In this document: positions 42,942 through 53,652 of the stretch, piece after piece
Layout of the letters: each line of letters opens with the position of its first letter
Numbering within the stretch: the stretch's first letter is position 1
Source of the DNA: a virus
Virus record (IMG/VR): IMGVR_UViG_3300008262_000126
Location: 1-64,000 of that record
Reading direction: 5' to 3' (one strand)
Length of the DNA: 64,000 bases
Translations under genes and position numbers: made by a program
Notes under the pieces: generated by a model
What the model was told of the DNA's origin: nothing
Databases searched by the model: none
Seen by the model: only the letters and a program-made list of their open reading frames with translations

Positions 42942-45298
42942 GTAAAAATAAACCAGCACCGCGTATAGATCTTGAGTACAATAAAGATTTAAAATATCCA
43001 GACATTAATGATTACTTGAAAGACAGCATGTATGCTTCTAATCTTTCTGATTACCCAGACAACCAACGAAATGCCGTCGTTAACTTCAGAGCTATTCCAA
43101 ACACTCTGGCACTCAAGGAAATAACAGTCGGTGAGAATAAAGCTTCTCTGCGCGTCTGGGTGGGCGACATGAAACTGTTTGGATACAATCCTGAACTTGA
43201 GCTTGTAGATAGCATGGATTTATTAATTGACTCTTTAAATGACGGGGACACTGAAGAAGTCGAAGGAACTAAAATTTTAAAAATTTTTAAAAAAGGTTCC
43301 AAGTTAAATTTGGACTTAGTTCAAAATTCAGAAATACAAGCGTTTAAACTGCCTTCACTTGTTAACTATTCAATTACTTTCCCGATTGCGACTGTGATTG
43401 ACATATACAACTATGTCTTTGGCACAAGAGCTAAACAAGCAAAGACTTATTTCACAGGGGCTGAAACACTAGAAGACACGGACTTTCAAGAAGCATTTTT
43501 AGACAATGTTTATCGTTGGGAAATACCAGCACTGCTTAGATACTACCCAGTCGGTTCAGACAAGCCTGATGGTTTTATCGGAGTTGAGATCTCGTTATCA
43601 AGCATACTGCCGCAGTATCGAAAAAGAATCGAGTTGACATCCAGCAGTGTCGAGTATAATACAAACTTTTCCCTAAGCTCTTTTGATTTGTTTAAGTTAA
43701 GCTACATAACTAATCAAGAAGGGCGTATCCGGATAAAGGCGCAGATACGCGGGTTTCCCATAACTAAACAGACAGACAGTGCAGAGCTTGAACTTGTCGA
43801 ACGAGAACGAACTTCGATACTTTCTAATTTTTACGCATTTTCATACATCGTATATCAACACTCAGGGTTTTACGTATCTTACCCTGCTTTAGATTTTACC
43901 TACGACTTATACGTCAGTGCGGATAGCATAGCCGAATTACAAAACGATGCATTCGGCGTCTTTCAAGCATCGCCGACTAAAGTCGTTAATAACCTAAACA
44001 TTACCGCAGTCAAATCGGGAATGAAGGTACTGGAAAAAAACGCTGACGCTAACAACCCTTTCTTTGTTAGTGTTTGGTTTTCCTGTAAAAATAAAACACT
44101 TGCACTTCAAAAAGATAAATTAAAGTTTATTTTAAATTTTCGACAGAGTAGAGTAGGCGATGACTCGCAGTCAGATACCAGTGGTTTCTTTAACGATGTT
44201 GCATTAGATGCTACTGCAATAGCCGGGGATTTTTGGACAGACACTAAAAACCCCCGTAAAATCGACGTTGACAAGTCAGTAAGAACTTCATCAACACTGT
44301 ATCGAAGTAATGCTGTAAGCGTTTCAGAGAAAAAAGTTCTCTCGGTTTTTCAAAGACTTACGCCAAATAACGATAAATACATGTCAAGCATTTTATCTAA
44401 GTGCTCTGTTAATTTGACGTTAACTAACTCTAACACGGAAACCAATACTTACTCCTACAGAATGGATATTTCTTGGCCTACAGTGGATGGTAAGAACGCT
44501 TTTGACAAAACAGCTTTGTATAATCTTATTAAAGCTCGCTTTGTGCAACTTTCAATTAGCGACGTCTTTCAACAGGTTATTTTTGACGGTCGTTATAGAC
44601 GTCCTTTTTATGACGTTTACGAAGATAACTCGAAAAATCCGTTGTTTACCAGCTTGCCTGGTTGGAGAGCAAACTATTACACTTGGTTCACGAACAGTTG
44701 GACTGGTTTAAATGGAGACGAGGCTGCGGCAATAAACAAGATCGGTGTGGCTCCAAATAAGTCAGCGAACGGGTCTTTTTTTGTGCAACAAGCTAACTCT
44801 AAACGTCAAACTGTAGTCAACTTAAGAGGTACTGAAAGAGACAATATAGATCTTTTAGAATACATTCCTCAAACATACATAGCGTTGAGTACTACCGAGC
44901 CGGCTGATACACAACCAAGTAGGGCATTTTTTTGTCTGCAGGGTATGGCTATGCTAGGAAGCGCTTCCATAAAAGGCGGCGTACTACAACCATTTACATT
45001 TTACCCTCAGTTTGCTAAACCATTAACAAATGTTAGAAGCGATTTCAATGTTATTAATCCGGTTGTATTTGACCAGTCTACTGGGAAAGTTAAGATAACA
45101 ATTTCCCCACAGGATGTTCTTAAGGCCATGAGGAAGATTCTAGGTGTGACGACTTTTCCGTCGGGTGTCTACCACATGTATTACATAATGAATCTAAATG
45201 AGGTACCCGATAGCGAGTCCCGCATATTTACAAATCTAATGGAAGGAAGCAAACAGAAATCAACACTTATTTTTGTTGTAGCGCATCAGGTTAAATAA
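42938..45298 (+). CDS. hypothetical tail-associated protein
   Basis: 786-aa ORF coupled within the tail operon. Confidence 0.55.
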   Translation: MSKNKPAPRIDLEYNKDLKYPDINDYLKDSMYASNLSDYPDNQRNAVVNFRAIPNTLALKEITVGENKASLRVWVGDMKLFGYNPELELVDSMDLLIDSLNDGDTEEVEGTKILKIFKKGSKLNLDLVQNSEIQAFKLPSLVNYSITFPIATVIDIYNYVFGTRAKQAKTYFTGAETLEDTDFQEAFLDNVYRWEIPALLRYYPVGSDKPDGFIGVEISLSSILPQYRKRIELTSSSVEYNTNFSLSSFDLFKLSYITNQEGRIRIKAQIRGFPITKQTDSAELELVERERTSILSNFYAFSYIVYQHSGFYVSYPALDFTYDLYVSADSIAELQNDAFGVFQASPTKVVNNLNITAVKSGMKVLEKNADANNPFFVSVWFSCKNKTLALQKDKLKFILNFRQSRVGDDSQSDTSGFFNDVALDATAIAGDFWTDTKNPRKIDVDKSVRTSSTLYRSNAVSVSEKKVLSVFQRLTPNNDKYMSSILSKCSVNLTLTNSNTETNTYSYRMDISWPTVDGKNAFDKTALYNLIKARFVQLSISDVFQQVIFDGRYRRPFYDVYEDNSKNPLFTSLPGWRANYYTWFTNSWTGLNGDEAAAINKIGVAPNKSANGSFFVQQANSKRQTVVNLRGTERDNIDLLEYIPQTYIALSTTEPADTQPSRAFFCLQGMAMLGSASIKGGVLQPFTFYPQFAKPLTNVRSDFNVINPVVFDQSTGKVKITISPQDVLKAMRKILGVTTFPSGVYHMYYIMNLNEVPDSESRIFTNLMEGSKQKSTLIFVVAHQVK

Positions 45299-47403
45299 TG
45301 AACGAAGACTTTTTTCAAAACATCTCCAGTACCGGAAATCCGATTGAGTACGCGGACACGGTACAACGTTATCAAACGCAACTACCTTTGGGAATTTCCT
45401 GGCCAACCGTGACGGGATCTTTAAATCCTAGCGACTTGTACACTGACGATACGTCTCTGTATATGTATTATCCCTCGGGTGTTAATAAGACTGCGATCGC
45501 AATTCAGCAAAGAGATCGCTACGGCGGTATTACTTTTACTTTGGTCAGCGGGTCGACTAACTTGTACATTCAAGCCTCTGAGTATTTTGCAGATCCAAAT
45601 CCTGCGTTTATCTCAGGCCCTTATACTGTTTCAGGAGAGGGCGGTACTAATTTAATCAATGCTTCTTATCTGAGCGACACTCCTGAAAATCCAGAAAACT
45701 ACTGGATTAATTTACCAAACCCCGGTACTTACAAGGTGGTTTTTCCAAACCCTGTAATAAGCACTGCAATCAGCGTTACTCACTCGGGATCCTCGCCGTA
45801 CGTACTCAGTCAGATGCTTCCGAGAAAGTCGGTAGGCAGCTACGACATAGACGTAAACTCTATCCGAGCGTACCACGTTACGGCTTCGTTTATCGATGCT
45901 GTGGCTATACAAGTCTCGGACAGTATCGTAGTCGGTCCTGATCTAATTGGCGCTAAGAGTATCGATGGTTCAAAGATTATCGACGGTACAATCTCCGGCG
46001 TACTCATTCGAGATGGCACGGTCACTGGTAATAAAGTACTAGCCGGTACTATCAGCGGAGTTCTGCTCCAAGCGGAAACAATTACAGCTACTCACATTGC
46101 AGTAAGCGGCATTACCGCAAACAGATTAAACGTGACTCAACTTGATGCGGTGGCTGCTAACATGGGTACTCTAGTAGTTAACAGCGGTATTTCGGTTGGA
46201 ACGAACGGATACATCACAGTACCAAGTGGGTATATCTCAGCAGGTAAAGCAAAATTAGACAATACTGGTTTATCTATAGGGGACTTTAATACTGCTCTGG
46301 AGAATACAAATGCGCTACGAGTTGTAGGAAGCGGAGAGTCCGCCAACATTGTAGGTATGGCTTTGTATAACGGATCATTTTCTCCAACAATCCCGCAAGC
46401 AGTAATACAGCTTGACGGTACAAACGCACTCGAGGTTGAGAACAATCAGACTAATGGGCTTATTAATTTTAACTTTAACCAAAACCCCGCCGGGAGTTCT
46501 TCTTTGAGGATATACAACGGAGACTTGCACTTAGCTCCATTTCGACCTTCCTACCCAGGTACTTTTTTTCCGGGAGTTGTTAGGGGCTATAACAGCGCAG
46601 GAGCACAGCTGTATGCACTTGACCACGAAAGTTACAGAACTTACTATGCAGACGGCGCTGTCAAGCATATTTTAGCTGCTGATCGACTTGTTAGCTACTA
46701 CAATGATGGGTCCACGCGTTTTTCTCTGGGTGATGGTGGTCTGGAAATATGGAATCCTGCTGTAAGTACCGTCTCGGCAGTCGGACAGATTGATGCTGAC
46801 GGTAACTTGTTCGCTGAAAGTGCTACTGTTTTTGGTAATTTAGGTGCAGTCGGTGACCTTTCAATTGACGGGGGTGTCGGGATTGGTACTGATAACGATA
46901 AAGTAACGATCGCAGCATCTACGGGGAATACTGCTATTGCCGGTACACTCGAGGTTACTAATAAAATAACCTCTAGTTATATGGGTTACATTACAGCTAG
47001 AAGAACAGCAGACGTTGCAATTACAACCGCGGGCACAACTATTGTATGGAATAACGCACTGCGTAGTAATAAAATTACTGTACCTACAAACTCATCTACG
47101 ATTACCATAACAAATGCAGGCTACTACATGTTCTCGGCTACCTTCGCAACACTCGCCAACTTGACAAGCCTTCGAATGACTTTAACAAGAGGCGGTGCTA
47201 ACTACGTGAGTACTTTACACGGAGCTGGTTTAGGTACTGGAGGTGGTTATATATTTAACTTTAATATTGGGTTTTTTGCTTCGGCAAATTCAACTTATAC
47301 CGTAGTCCTCACACCCTCAGCAAATACAACACTGAACGCTAATGGTGAAGGCTTTGCAGGACCATCCCCACTTATGAATATATTCCAGGCTATAGGTGTA
47401 TAA
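45298..47403 (+). CDS. tail fiber/spike protein
   Basis: Repeats of the (D/A)GTISGVL type; ITANRLNVTQLDAVAANMGTL; C-terminal C1q/TNF-like beta domain. Confidence 0.7.
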   Translation: MNEDFFQNISSTGNPIEYADTVQRYQTQLPLGISWPTVTGSLNPSDLYTDDTSLYMYYPSGVNKTAIAIQQRDRYGGITFTLVSGSTNLYIQASEYFADPNPAFISGPYTVSGEGGTNLINASYLSDTPENPENYWINLPNPGTYKVVFPNPVISTAISVTHSGSSPYVLSQMLPRKSVGSYDIDVNSIRAYHVTASFIDAVAIQVSDSIVVGPDLIGAKSIDGSKIIDGTISGVLIRDGTVTGNKVLAGTISGVLLQAETITATHIAVSGITANRLNVTQLDAVAANMGTLVVNSGISVGTNGYITVPSGYISAGKAKLDNTGLSIGDFNTALENTNALRVVGSGESANIVGMALYNGSFSPTIPQAVIQLDGTNALEVENNQTNGLINFNFNQNPAGSSSLRIYNGDLHLAPFRPSYPGTFFPGVVRGYNSAGAQLYALDHESYRTYYADGAVKHILAADRLVSYYNDGSTRFSLGDGGLEIWNPAVSTVSAVGQIDADGNLFAESATVFGNLGAVGDLSIDGGVGIGTDNDKVTIAASTGNTAIAGTLEVTNKITSSYMGYITARRTADVAITTAGTTIVWNNALRSNKITVPTNSSTITITNAGYYMFSATFATLANLTSLRMTLTRGGANYVSTLHGAGLGTGGGYIFNFNIGFFASANSTYTVVLTPSANTTLNANGEGFAGPSPLMNIFQAIGV

Positions 47404-47729
47404 TGATCATTTTTAAAATTTACGACCCCGACACGATTACCCTTGGTTATTGGGATGAGTATGGTACGCCCTACTCAACCCCATTACCCGAGGGGAGCGC
47501 TGTCCAAGAGAAACCTTTTACGTTTGTGCAAGCCCTGAGAGAACTCCGTACGAGACGCAACACGTTTCTGTACGAGAGCGATTGGACTCAGCTGCCGGAT
47601 ACTGGATTAACCGCCGACAAGCTACTTGAGTGGCGAGAGTATCGACAGGCTCTCAGAGATCTGCCAGCTCTGGTTGCTACCGCAGGGTGGGGCAACGTTA
47701 CATGGCCGCAACCACCGCTTGACAGATAG
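47403..47729 (+). CDS. tail fiber assembly chaperone
   Basis: RRNTFLYESDWTQLPD...WREYRQALRDLP...WPQPP. Confidence 0.85.
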   Translation: MIIFKIYDPDTITLGYWDEYGTPYSTPLPEGSAVQEKPFTFVQALRELRTRRNTFLYESDWTQLPDTGLTADKLLEWREYRQALRDLPALVATAGWGNVTWPQPPLDR

Positions 47730-47747
47730 ACGCGCATAACCTAAAAT
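47719..47747 (+). promoter_or_regulatory. sigma70 promoter
   Basis: TTGACA-N17-TAAAAT, then GGAGG and ATG 47761. Confidence 0.75.
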
Positions 47748-47760
47748 AATGGAGGTACAG

Positions 47761-48345
47761 ATGATAATCACTGTATGTAATTTAGACTATTTAATAGAGC
47801 CTGTTCGCATGCGTCTGGGTGATTTTGAAGGAACTGTTTATTCAAACGCGTTAGTTAGGACCGCCCTTGTAAATGCGGTTAAGTTTCTTCAAAAACGTTG
47901 GCGCTCTAAGTATCAGGTGCTGTCTTCGGGCATGATTGCTGACATTCAGCCCAGCGGGTTTGCAGAGCAGGGATTGATTTGGGTAAGTACCACAAACGGG
48001 TACTCGTTTATTTCGGCTGGCTTTGAGGTTAACGACGTTTTTCGAAACCCGTTTCTTGAATTTGATCAGCCGTCTCCACCAGTTGTAGAGCAGAATGACG
48101 AAGATGCTATTGTATTAGCGGCGGCTTATCTTGTTCACCTGGGCAAATTGACTTCAAGTTCGGCCACGTTTGTCTCGTGGTCAACTGAAGATATAAAGTA
48201 CACAAATTCAGAATCAAGCAGGTCGATGAAGGTAGTGCTTGATACGCTAATGGCAGAACTCAACGTGCTGTTTAAGACGCGTATCGCTCAGCCTAAAGCA
48301 ACTCGCCAACCGCTGAATATTGTAGTAGGTACGAAAGTATACTAG
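47761..48345 (+). CDS. putative head-tail adaptor
   Basis: LIEPVRMRLGD...YSN adaptor-like N-terminus; SWSTEDIKY. Confidence 0.45.
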   Translation: MIITVCNLDYLIEPVRMRLGDFEGTVYSNALVRTALVNAVKFLQKRWRSKYQVLSSGMIADIQPSGFAEQGLIWVSTTNGYSFISAGFEVNDVFRNPFLEFDQPSPPVVEQNDEDAIVLAAAYLVHLGKLTSSSATFVSWSTEDIKYTNSESSRSMKVVLDTLMAELNVLFKTRIAQPKATRQPLNIVVGTKVY

Positions 48346-48353
48346 GAGGATGT

Positions 48354-49571
48354 ATGGGTAAGGTAATTCCGAAGATGTTGTATATCGGGGATTTTCCAGT
48401 TCCGACTGGATTTGGGATCGTGTCTGCAAACTTGATTAAGACGTTTAAGCAGTACTACGATGTGACCGTACTGGGTGTTAATTTCTATGGGGATTATAAT
48501 CCAGCAAATGACGGGGTGAAGGTTTATCCGGCTTCGGGTAACGGTAGCGACATTTGGGGAAAAGGGCGACTTGCTGAAATGCTTATGCGTGTCAAGCCGG
48601 ATGTTGTTTTCGTGTTGAACGATCCATGGATTGCCATGGAATATTCTGCAATCTTTATGAAGTTAAAAGAACAGTATCCTGCACTTCACAGCAAGTTTGT
48701 GGTTTACACGCCCGTTGACGCCGAAAACGTCAAGCTGGATTTTATCGATGGCCTGCGTGCTTATGACGCTGTGATCACGTACACTCAGTTCGGCGCTGCT
48801 CAACTTGTAAATTGTAAGAATAACGCAGGTGAGATTGTAGGTCTCAAGGACATTATGGTAATTCCTCACGGTGTTGATACCGAAGTATTCAAGCCGCTTA
48901 AGGTTTCTAAGGCGCAGCTGCGAAAGCAACTAAACCTGACAGATCAGGATTTTGTTGTTCTCTGTCTTCAACGAAACCAGCCTAGAAAACGATTAGACTT
49001 GACGTTCTACTACTTTGCTGAGTGGGTCAAGCGGTACGACTTGCCACCGAGCGTAAAGATCTACTACCACGGCGCTCTGCAGGACTACGGTATCGACATC
49101 ATTCAATGGTGCGAATACTTGGGTATTATCGATCGGCTAGCAATCTCGTCTCCCGATATTCGACCAGACAACGGTTTAACTGTTGAGCAGATTAATATGA
49201 TCTACAACAACGCCGATGTGTTCTTTACCACTACTGCAGCCGAGGGCTGGTGTTTGCCAGCATCCGAAGCAATGGCCGCAGGTATTCCGGTCATTCTGCC
49301 TAAGCACTCGGCGTTAGCTGAATGGCCGGAAGGTAACGCCCATTACATGGATGTGTACCCGTTCCCACAACTAACCGATCGCGGTTTGAATACTATTCAT
49401 CATGTTACTGAAATGGAAAGTGCTATTGAATCACTCCACAAATTGTACACAGATCACGAGTATCGTGCGCGTCTCGGTAAGGCAGGGCACGACCACATGA
49501 ACAAAGAGAAGTTTCAGTGGAGTGTGATTGCAAATCAATTCATGGAGATTATAAATGGAGTCATCAAGTAA
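48354..49571 (+). CDS. glycosyltransferase family 4 (GT-B fold)
   Basis: TGFG, HGVDTEVF, RNQPRK, EGWCLPASEAMAAG. Confidence 0.88.
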   Translation: MGKVIPKMLYIGDFPVPTGFGIVSANLIKTFKQYYDVTVLGVNFYGDYNPANDGVKVYPASGNGSDIWGKGRLAEMLMRVKPDVVFVLNDPWIAMEYSAIFMKLKEQYPALHSKFVVYTPVDAENVKLDFIDGLRAYDAVITYTQFGAAQLVNCKNNAGEIVGLKDIMVIPHGVDTEVFKPLKVSKAQLRKQLNLTDQDFVVLCLQRNQPRKRLDLTFYYFAEWVKRYDLPPSVKIYYHGALQDYGIDIIQWCEYLGIIDRLAISSPDIRPDNGLTVEQINMIYNNADVFFTTTAAEGWCLPASEAMAAGIPVILPKHSALAEWPEGNAHYMDVYPFPQLTDRGLNTIHHVTEMESAIESLHKLYTDHEYRARLGKAGHDHMNKEKFQWSVIANQFMEIINGVIK

Positions 49572-49731
49572 ATTAGAGCAAATGGCGAAGAAGTATGCAA
49601 AACGGCTGTTGACACGGCTCGAAGCATATGGTATTGTTAACAACGAAGTTCGGAAAGCAGTGCTTGATGAACTCAATTCGATGGCGAGAGAGATCGCCTC
49701 AATGCAGGAGAAAAAAGATGGCATTCGGTAA
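49555..49731 (+). CDS. small hypothetical protein (58 aa, below ORF-track cutoff)
   Basis: MESSSKLEQMAKKYAKRLLTRLEAYG...; GGAG RBS; bridges the GT4 and SSB genes. Confidence 0.55.
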   Translation: MESSSKLEQMAKKYAKRLLTRLEAYGIVNNEVRKAVLDELNSMAREIASMQEKKDGIR

Positions 49732-50602
49732 GATGATTGGTGGACAGCAGCAGGCAGGCAGCAATTCAGGCGGCGGTAAGAACCCGTTTATTGACGTTCG
49801 CGAAGGTAAGCGTGTCATTCGTTTTCTTCCAGATCCAGCACAGCCAACAGAACCGCTTTTGGGCCAGACTGTTTTGTCTGTTTGGATGACTGTGAAGAAG
49901 GGCGAGGCTGACGTTCAGCGGAGAATTTTTGTTGATTACTCAGCACGCTCAATTCTTCCAAAACAGTATAATGATGCAATTCGTCGGCGCTTCTTTATGA
50001 ACGTTCTCGACAAGAGCATGGTTGTCAAGTTGGAAGATGGTTCTCTTATCTACGGTAATAATCAGAATCAGTATCTCATGTCGCAAAACGGCGAGCTCGT
50101 ACCAGTAACTGGTAAGAAGCCAGAGCGAAACATGCAGATCATGGTTCTTGAGGGCAGCGTCTCGTCTGGTCAAGGACGTAATGGGTTGCTTAACGAAATC
50201 GAAGAGCTCAGCAAGTCTGTGTTTGACGAAGAGACGAGCGAACTTATTCCAATTACCAACGTGGACATTGAAGTTGTCACTCGTGGCAAAGGCTTAAACA
50301 CGAACCGCGCTGTGTACGTTGGTGCTAACCGAGATCCCATTCCTAGTGAGATTCTCAAGTTGCCAATGTTCGACATCGACGCCTACGCAAAGCCATTCCC
50401 GGCTGACGCCATCAAAGATCTACTCAAGGGGCTGGACTATGGCGAAGTTCTTAAGGCACATGGCATTACAGTAATGCCGCGTTTGATTGAAAAGGATTCG
50501 GCGTCAACCGATACAGTTTCAGCAGCAGCGGTTGTCAAGAAGGCCATCGAAAGTACACCAAGCAAGGCTATTCCAGCAGCAGACACTTTGTTTGACGACT
50601 AA
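49718..50602 (+). CDS. single-stranded DNA-binding protein (gp32-like)
   Basis: VIRFLP, RFFMNVLD, DIEVVTRGKG and acidic tail LFDD; upstream of primase. Confidence 0.6.
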   Translation: MAFGKMIGGQQQAGSNSGGGKNPFIDVREGKRVIRFLPDPAQPTEPLLGQTVLSVWMTVKKGEADVQRRIFVDYSARSILPKQYNDAIRRRFFMNVLDKSMVVKLEDGSLIYGNNQNQYLMSQNGELVPVTGKKPERNMQIMVLEGSVSSGQGRNGLLNEIEELSKSVFDEETSELIPITNVDIEVVTRGKGLNTNRAVYVGANRDPIPSEILKLPMFDIDAYAKPFPADAIKDLLKGLDYGEVLKAHGITVMPRLIEKDSASTDTVSAAAVVKKAIESTPSKAIPAADTLFDD

Positions 50603-50610
50603 GTGAGCAA

Positions 50611-50650
50611 GGGCGGTGGGCGGTGCTAAACACACCGCCCGCTTTTTATT
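50611..50650 (+). terminator. intrinsic terminator
   Basis: GGGCGGTG/CACCGCCC stem followed by a T-run. Confidence 0.7.
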
Positions 50651-50660
50651 TGGAGGTTTT

Positions 50661-51596
50661 ATGGGCAGAGGGTACAAGACCGAATGTCCGCAATGCGGCG
50701 GGGATAATCTGTATGTAACTCCGGACAATGGAATGGCTTATTGCTTTAATTGCGAATACCGATCGAGTCCTGAACAAGCTGACCGCACTCAAGACGAGCG
50801 TGGTCTTCCTTTTCAAGGGAGCGGCGAAGACTTAGAGGCTATACGCCGAGTCTACACAGACGCTGCTAATTATTATCACGCCTGTCTAACGCCGCAAGCT
50901 CGTGCATATGCTAATGATCGCGGTATAACGGACGAGTCAATCAAGAAGTTTAAAATTGGCTATTGTCCGGAGGTTCAGAACTATGACAGGCAGTTACACG
51001 ACGTCTACGTCCGGGCTGGATTAATTACCACTTCAGGTAAGCCTACTCTGGCAGAGCGGCTAACTTTTCCCTATCTCGATCCAACGACCTCACAAATCGT
51101 AGACATCCGTGGTAGATCTATGGATGGGGCTGATCCTAAGTATAAAGGGCCGTTCGGTACGACCTCTTCAAGAGGAGCTGGAGAATGGCCGTTTAACGCC
51201 GAGGATCTAAAGGGTGACCACTTAATTACGGAAGGTGAGATTAAAACTATTGTAGCCAGTCAGCTCGGCTTTAAATCAGTAGGGCTGCCAGGTATAGCCG
51301 TATGGCGTTGGAGACTTCGCTCTATGGCACGCGGTCGACAGACAGTAGTATTCGATTCTCAACTGCAGGCTAACACACGTGAGTCTGTATACACAGCTAT
51401 TGACAAGCTGTCGCAGAAACTACCGAATCTTCACATAGCCACGCTCCCGCTAGGCAAGCACAACAAAATGGATCTCGATACCTACTTGTTGACAAAGGGA
51501 GCAACCGAGTTTAAACTCATCTTAGACAAGGCGTTGCCTTACAACGAGTGGGCAAATTTATTACGGAGGCCGTATGTACTACGACAAGGACGCTGA
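50661..51596 (+). CDS. DNA primase (DnaG-like, Zn finger plus TOPRIM)
   Basis: CPQC...CFNC, RGI, IGY, PKY, ITEGE, VFD, DLD. Confidence 0.88.
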   Translation: MGRGYKTECPQCGGDNLYVTPDNGMAYCFNCEYRSSPEQADRTQDERGLPFQGSGEDLEAIRRVYTDAANYYHACLTPQARAYANDRGITDESIKKFKIGYCPEVQNYDRQLHDVYVRAGLITTSGKPTLAERLTFPYLDPTTSQIVDIRGRSMDGADPKYKGPFGTTSSRGAGEWPFNAEDLKGDHLITEGEIKTIVASQLGFKSVGLPGIAVWRWRLRSMARGRQTVVFDSQLQANTRESVYTAIDKLSQKLPNLHIATLPLGKHNKMDLDTYLLTKGATEFKLILDKALPYNEWANLLRRPYVLRQGR

Positions 51597-52767
51597 GTGG
51601 CGATTACTCTCCTCGCTGATGGCAAATCCCGAGAGTCTGCACATTATCACGCCCGCTTTGTTTTCAGACGAGCGTAAGGATATTCTGCTGGCTATGAAGG
51701 AAGCTTACGTGCGTTACGGTGAGTGCTCGTACGAAGTGATGCGGATGGCTCTTGCAGGGGATGTTCCTGCTCAAATGCTTGTTCAGGTTTCGGTTAACCA
51801 GCAGGCCGTGATCGATGAGCTGGGGTTCATCGCTCGCCGACGCCAGCTCTTTGAAGCGTCAAAGTCGTTAGACTTCGAGTCGAAGCAGTACTACCCGAAC
51901 GAGGATAAGATCGAGGATATCCTAAACTTTCCTCCAATTCTGCAAGCCCACGATACAACGCTTGTTCCGGGTGCCCAGCGGATGCTCGGCGACCTGAATA
52001 AGAAGGTAGACGGTTCGTACAAGTTTACGCACACCGGTATTAAGTTCTTGGATACTATGCTGGGTGGTGAGTGGTTACCGAAGACACTCAACATCATTAT
52101 GGCCAAGCCGGGTACGGGAAAGACCGCACTGATCGGTCAGTCTATGCTTGAGATGGCTCGTCAGTACGAAACCCGCTCGTTGTTCTTTTCACTTGAAATG
52201 AGTAAGGAGCAGTTGATTAGTCGTTGGGTTGCCTACTTGCTGAAGATGGATGCCAGCAACCTTCAGTTCGGGCGAGTTACAAAGGAGCAGGCTGAGAAGG
52301 TCGAGCAGGCTGTTATGTATCTGCAGTCGCTACCAATGTCTGTAATTGACGATCCAACAATCAACCTGTCGACAATACGGAAAGAGATTCGGGATTGCGC
52401 TCGTATTGGCTGTAAGGTAGTCTTCCTCGACTACTTGCAAATTGTACGGCATTCTCCCACAGCTAACCGGAACAATGACCTTGGCGAGGTAGCTCAGACT
52501 TTGAAGGAAGCCGCCAAAGAAGCAAACATCGCAATAGTACTTCTTAGCCAGATGACTAAGGGTCGAGAGGGATTGGATGCAGTCAGAGATTCCGGTGAGG
52601 TGGCGCAAGTGGCAGACGCGGTTATCGAGATGGCGCCAATTGACGACCTCTCTGATGATTTGGGCAATCGGGCTATCAGTCTAAAGTTTCATAAAAATCG
52701 TAATGGGAAGCTCGGAGTGAGCACGGTGATATTTAATGGGAGTACGCAAAAGTTCAGCAGTCAGTAA
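51574..52767 (+). CDS. dnaB: replicative DnaB-like helicase
   Basis: AKPGTGKT, FSLEM, DYLQ, LSQ, RDSG..Q.AD, KNRNG. Confidence 0.92.
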   Translation: MYYDKDAEWRLLSSLMANPESLHIITPALFSDERKDILLAMKEAYVRYGECSYEVMRMALAGDVPAQMLVQVSVNQQAVIDELGFIARRRQLFEASKSLDFESKQYYPNEDKIEDILNFPPILQAHDTTLVPGAQRMLGDLNKKVDGSYKFTHTGIKFLDTMLGGEWLPKTLNIIMAKPGTGKTALIGQSMLEMARQYETRSLFFSLEMSKEQLISRWVAYLLKMDASNLQFGRVTKEQAEKVEQAVMYLQSLPMSVIDDPTINLSTIRKEIRDCARIGCKVVFLDYLQIVRHSPTANRNNDLGEVAQTLKEAAKEANIAIVLLSQMTKGREGLDAVRDSGEVAQVADAVIEMAPIDDLSDDLGNRAISLKFHKNRNGKLGVSTVIFNGSTQKFSSQ

Positions 52768-53341
52768 GCCGATAACAAGTCCACAAGCCGCAGAGCAATT
52801 GAAGGCGGAGCGCCGAGAGCGTAACCGCCTCAATCGCCAGCGAGCAAAGACCATGGAGCGTAGAATAGCTAAGTATCTGGGCGGTGATCGAACTCCTCAG
52901 TCAGGAGCGGGAAATAGTAAGGGGGATGTTACCGTACTGTTTACCAATCGTCCTGGTAGGTATGTGATAGAGTGCAAGCTCACCGAGCTTTTTGATCGCC
53001 ATGGCCCATCCATCACGATTAGTAAGGCCTGGTTAGCGAAGATACATCGAGAGGCTCAGCAGATGAACGCGGTCTTCGGAATGCTCGTATACCGCTACCA
53101 CGGAAAGCCAGACGACTTTGTTCTTATTAGGACTCAGGATATGCGAAAGGTGCTTAAGTCTCCTGTAGAAGCCGTCAGCGACCTGAGCTTTGATAATCCA
53201 AAGACAAAGACGTTTGCGATGCCCTTAGCACGTTCGCTCGTCTGCAAAGAAGGAACCGGATTAACTTGTGTCACAATTGACTTCGTGCTATATTATCTCA
53301 TGACGCTAGAACGTTTTAAGGAGTTAATTGACGAAGTATGA
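52736..53341 (+). CDS. PD-(D/E)xK nuclease, probable Holliday junction resolvase
   Basis: ERRIA, SGAG..KGDV, IECK. Confidence 0.7.
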   Translation: MGVRKSSAVSKPITSPQAAEQLKAERRERNRLNRQRAKTMERRIAKYLGGDRTPQSGAGNSKGDVTVLFTNRPGRYVIECKLTELFDRHGPSITISKAWLAKIHREAQQMNAVFGMLVYRYHGKPDDFVLIRTQDMRKVLKSPVEAVSDLSFDNPKTKTFAMPLARSLVCKEGTGLTCVTIDFVLYYLMTLERFKELIDEV

Positions 53342-53652
53342 AACCTAAAGAGTTTCCAGAACAGGCACTATTAGCACCCTTATTAGGCAACGAAGTGATC
53401 TTGAAGTTTGACGGGCTCGAGTTTCCTACTCGGTTACTAAGCGCTGAGCTTCAGAAACTGACTGGGCTAGCCAACCCGCCAGATAAGAGAATGAATGCTG
53501 AGGGTAAAATGTACACTCCTAAGTGCCTTCGTCTCGTTTGCGAGGCGGGGGCTCTTGTGATGTGTATAGAGGATTACAAGTTTGTGGCCGTGCACAAGGG
53601 TGTTGCCTTTATGTTCGACTCGTATACCTTGGAGGTTCGTCTTGCAAGTTAA
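53338..53652 (+). CDS. hypothetical protein
   Basis: ORF in the replication operon. Confidence 0.6.
   Translation: MKPKEFPEQALLAPLLGNEVILKFDGLEFPTRLLSAELQKLTGLANPPDKRMNAEGKMYTPKCLRLVCEAGALVMCIEDYKFVAVHKGVAFMFDSYTLEVRLAS

Noticed and set aside
40404-47403. Diversity-generating retroelement acting on tail fibers
   Set aside because: No reverse transcriptase or template/variable repeat pair was seen in the window
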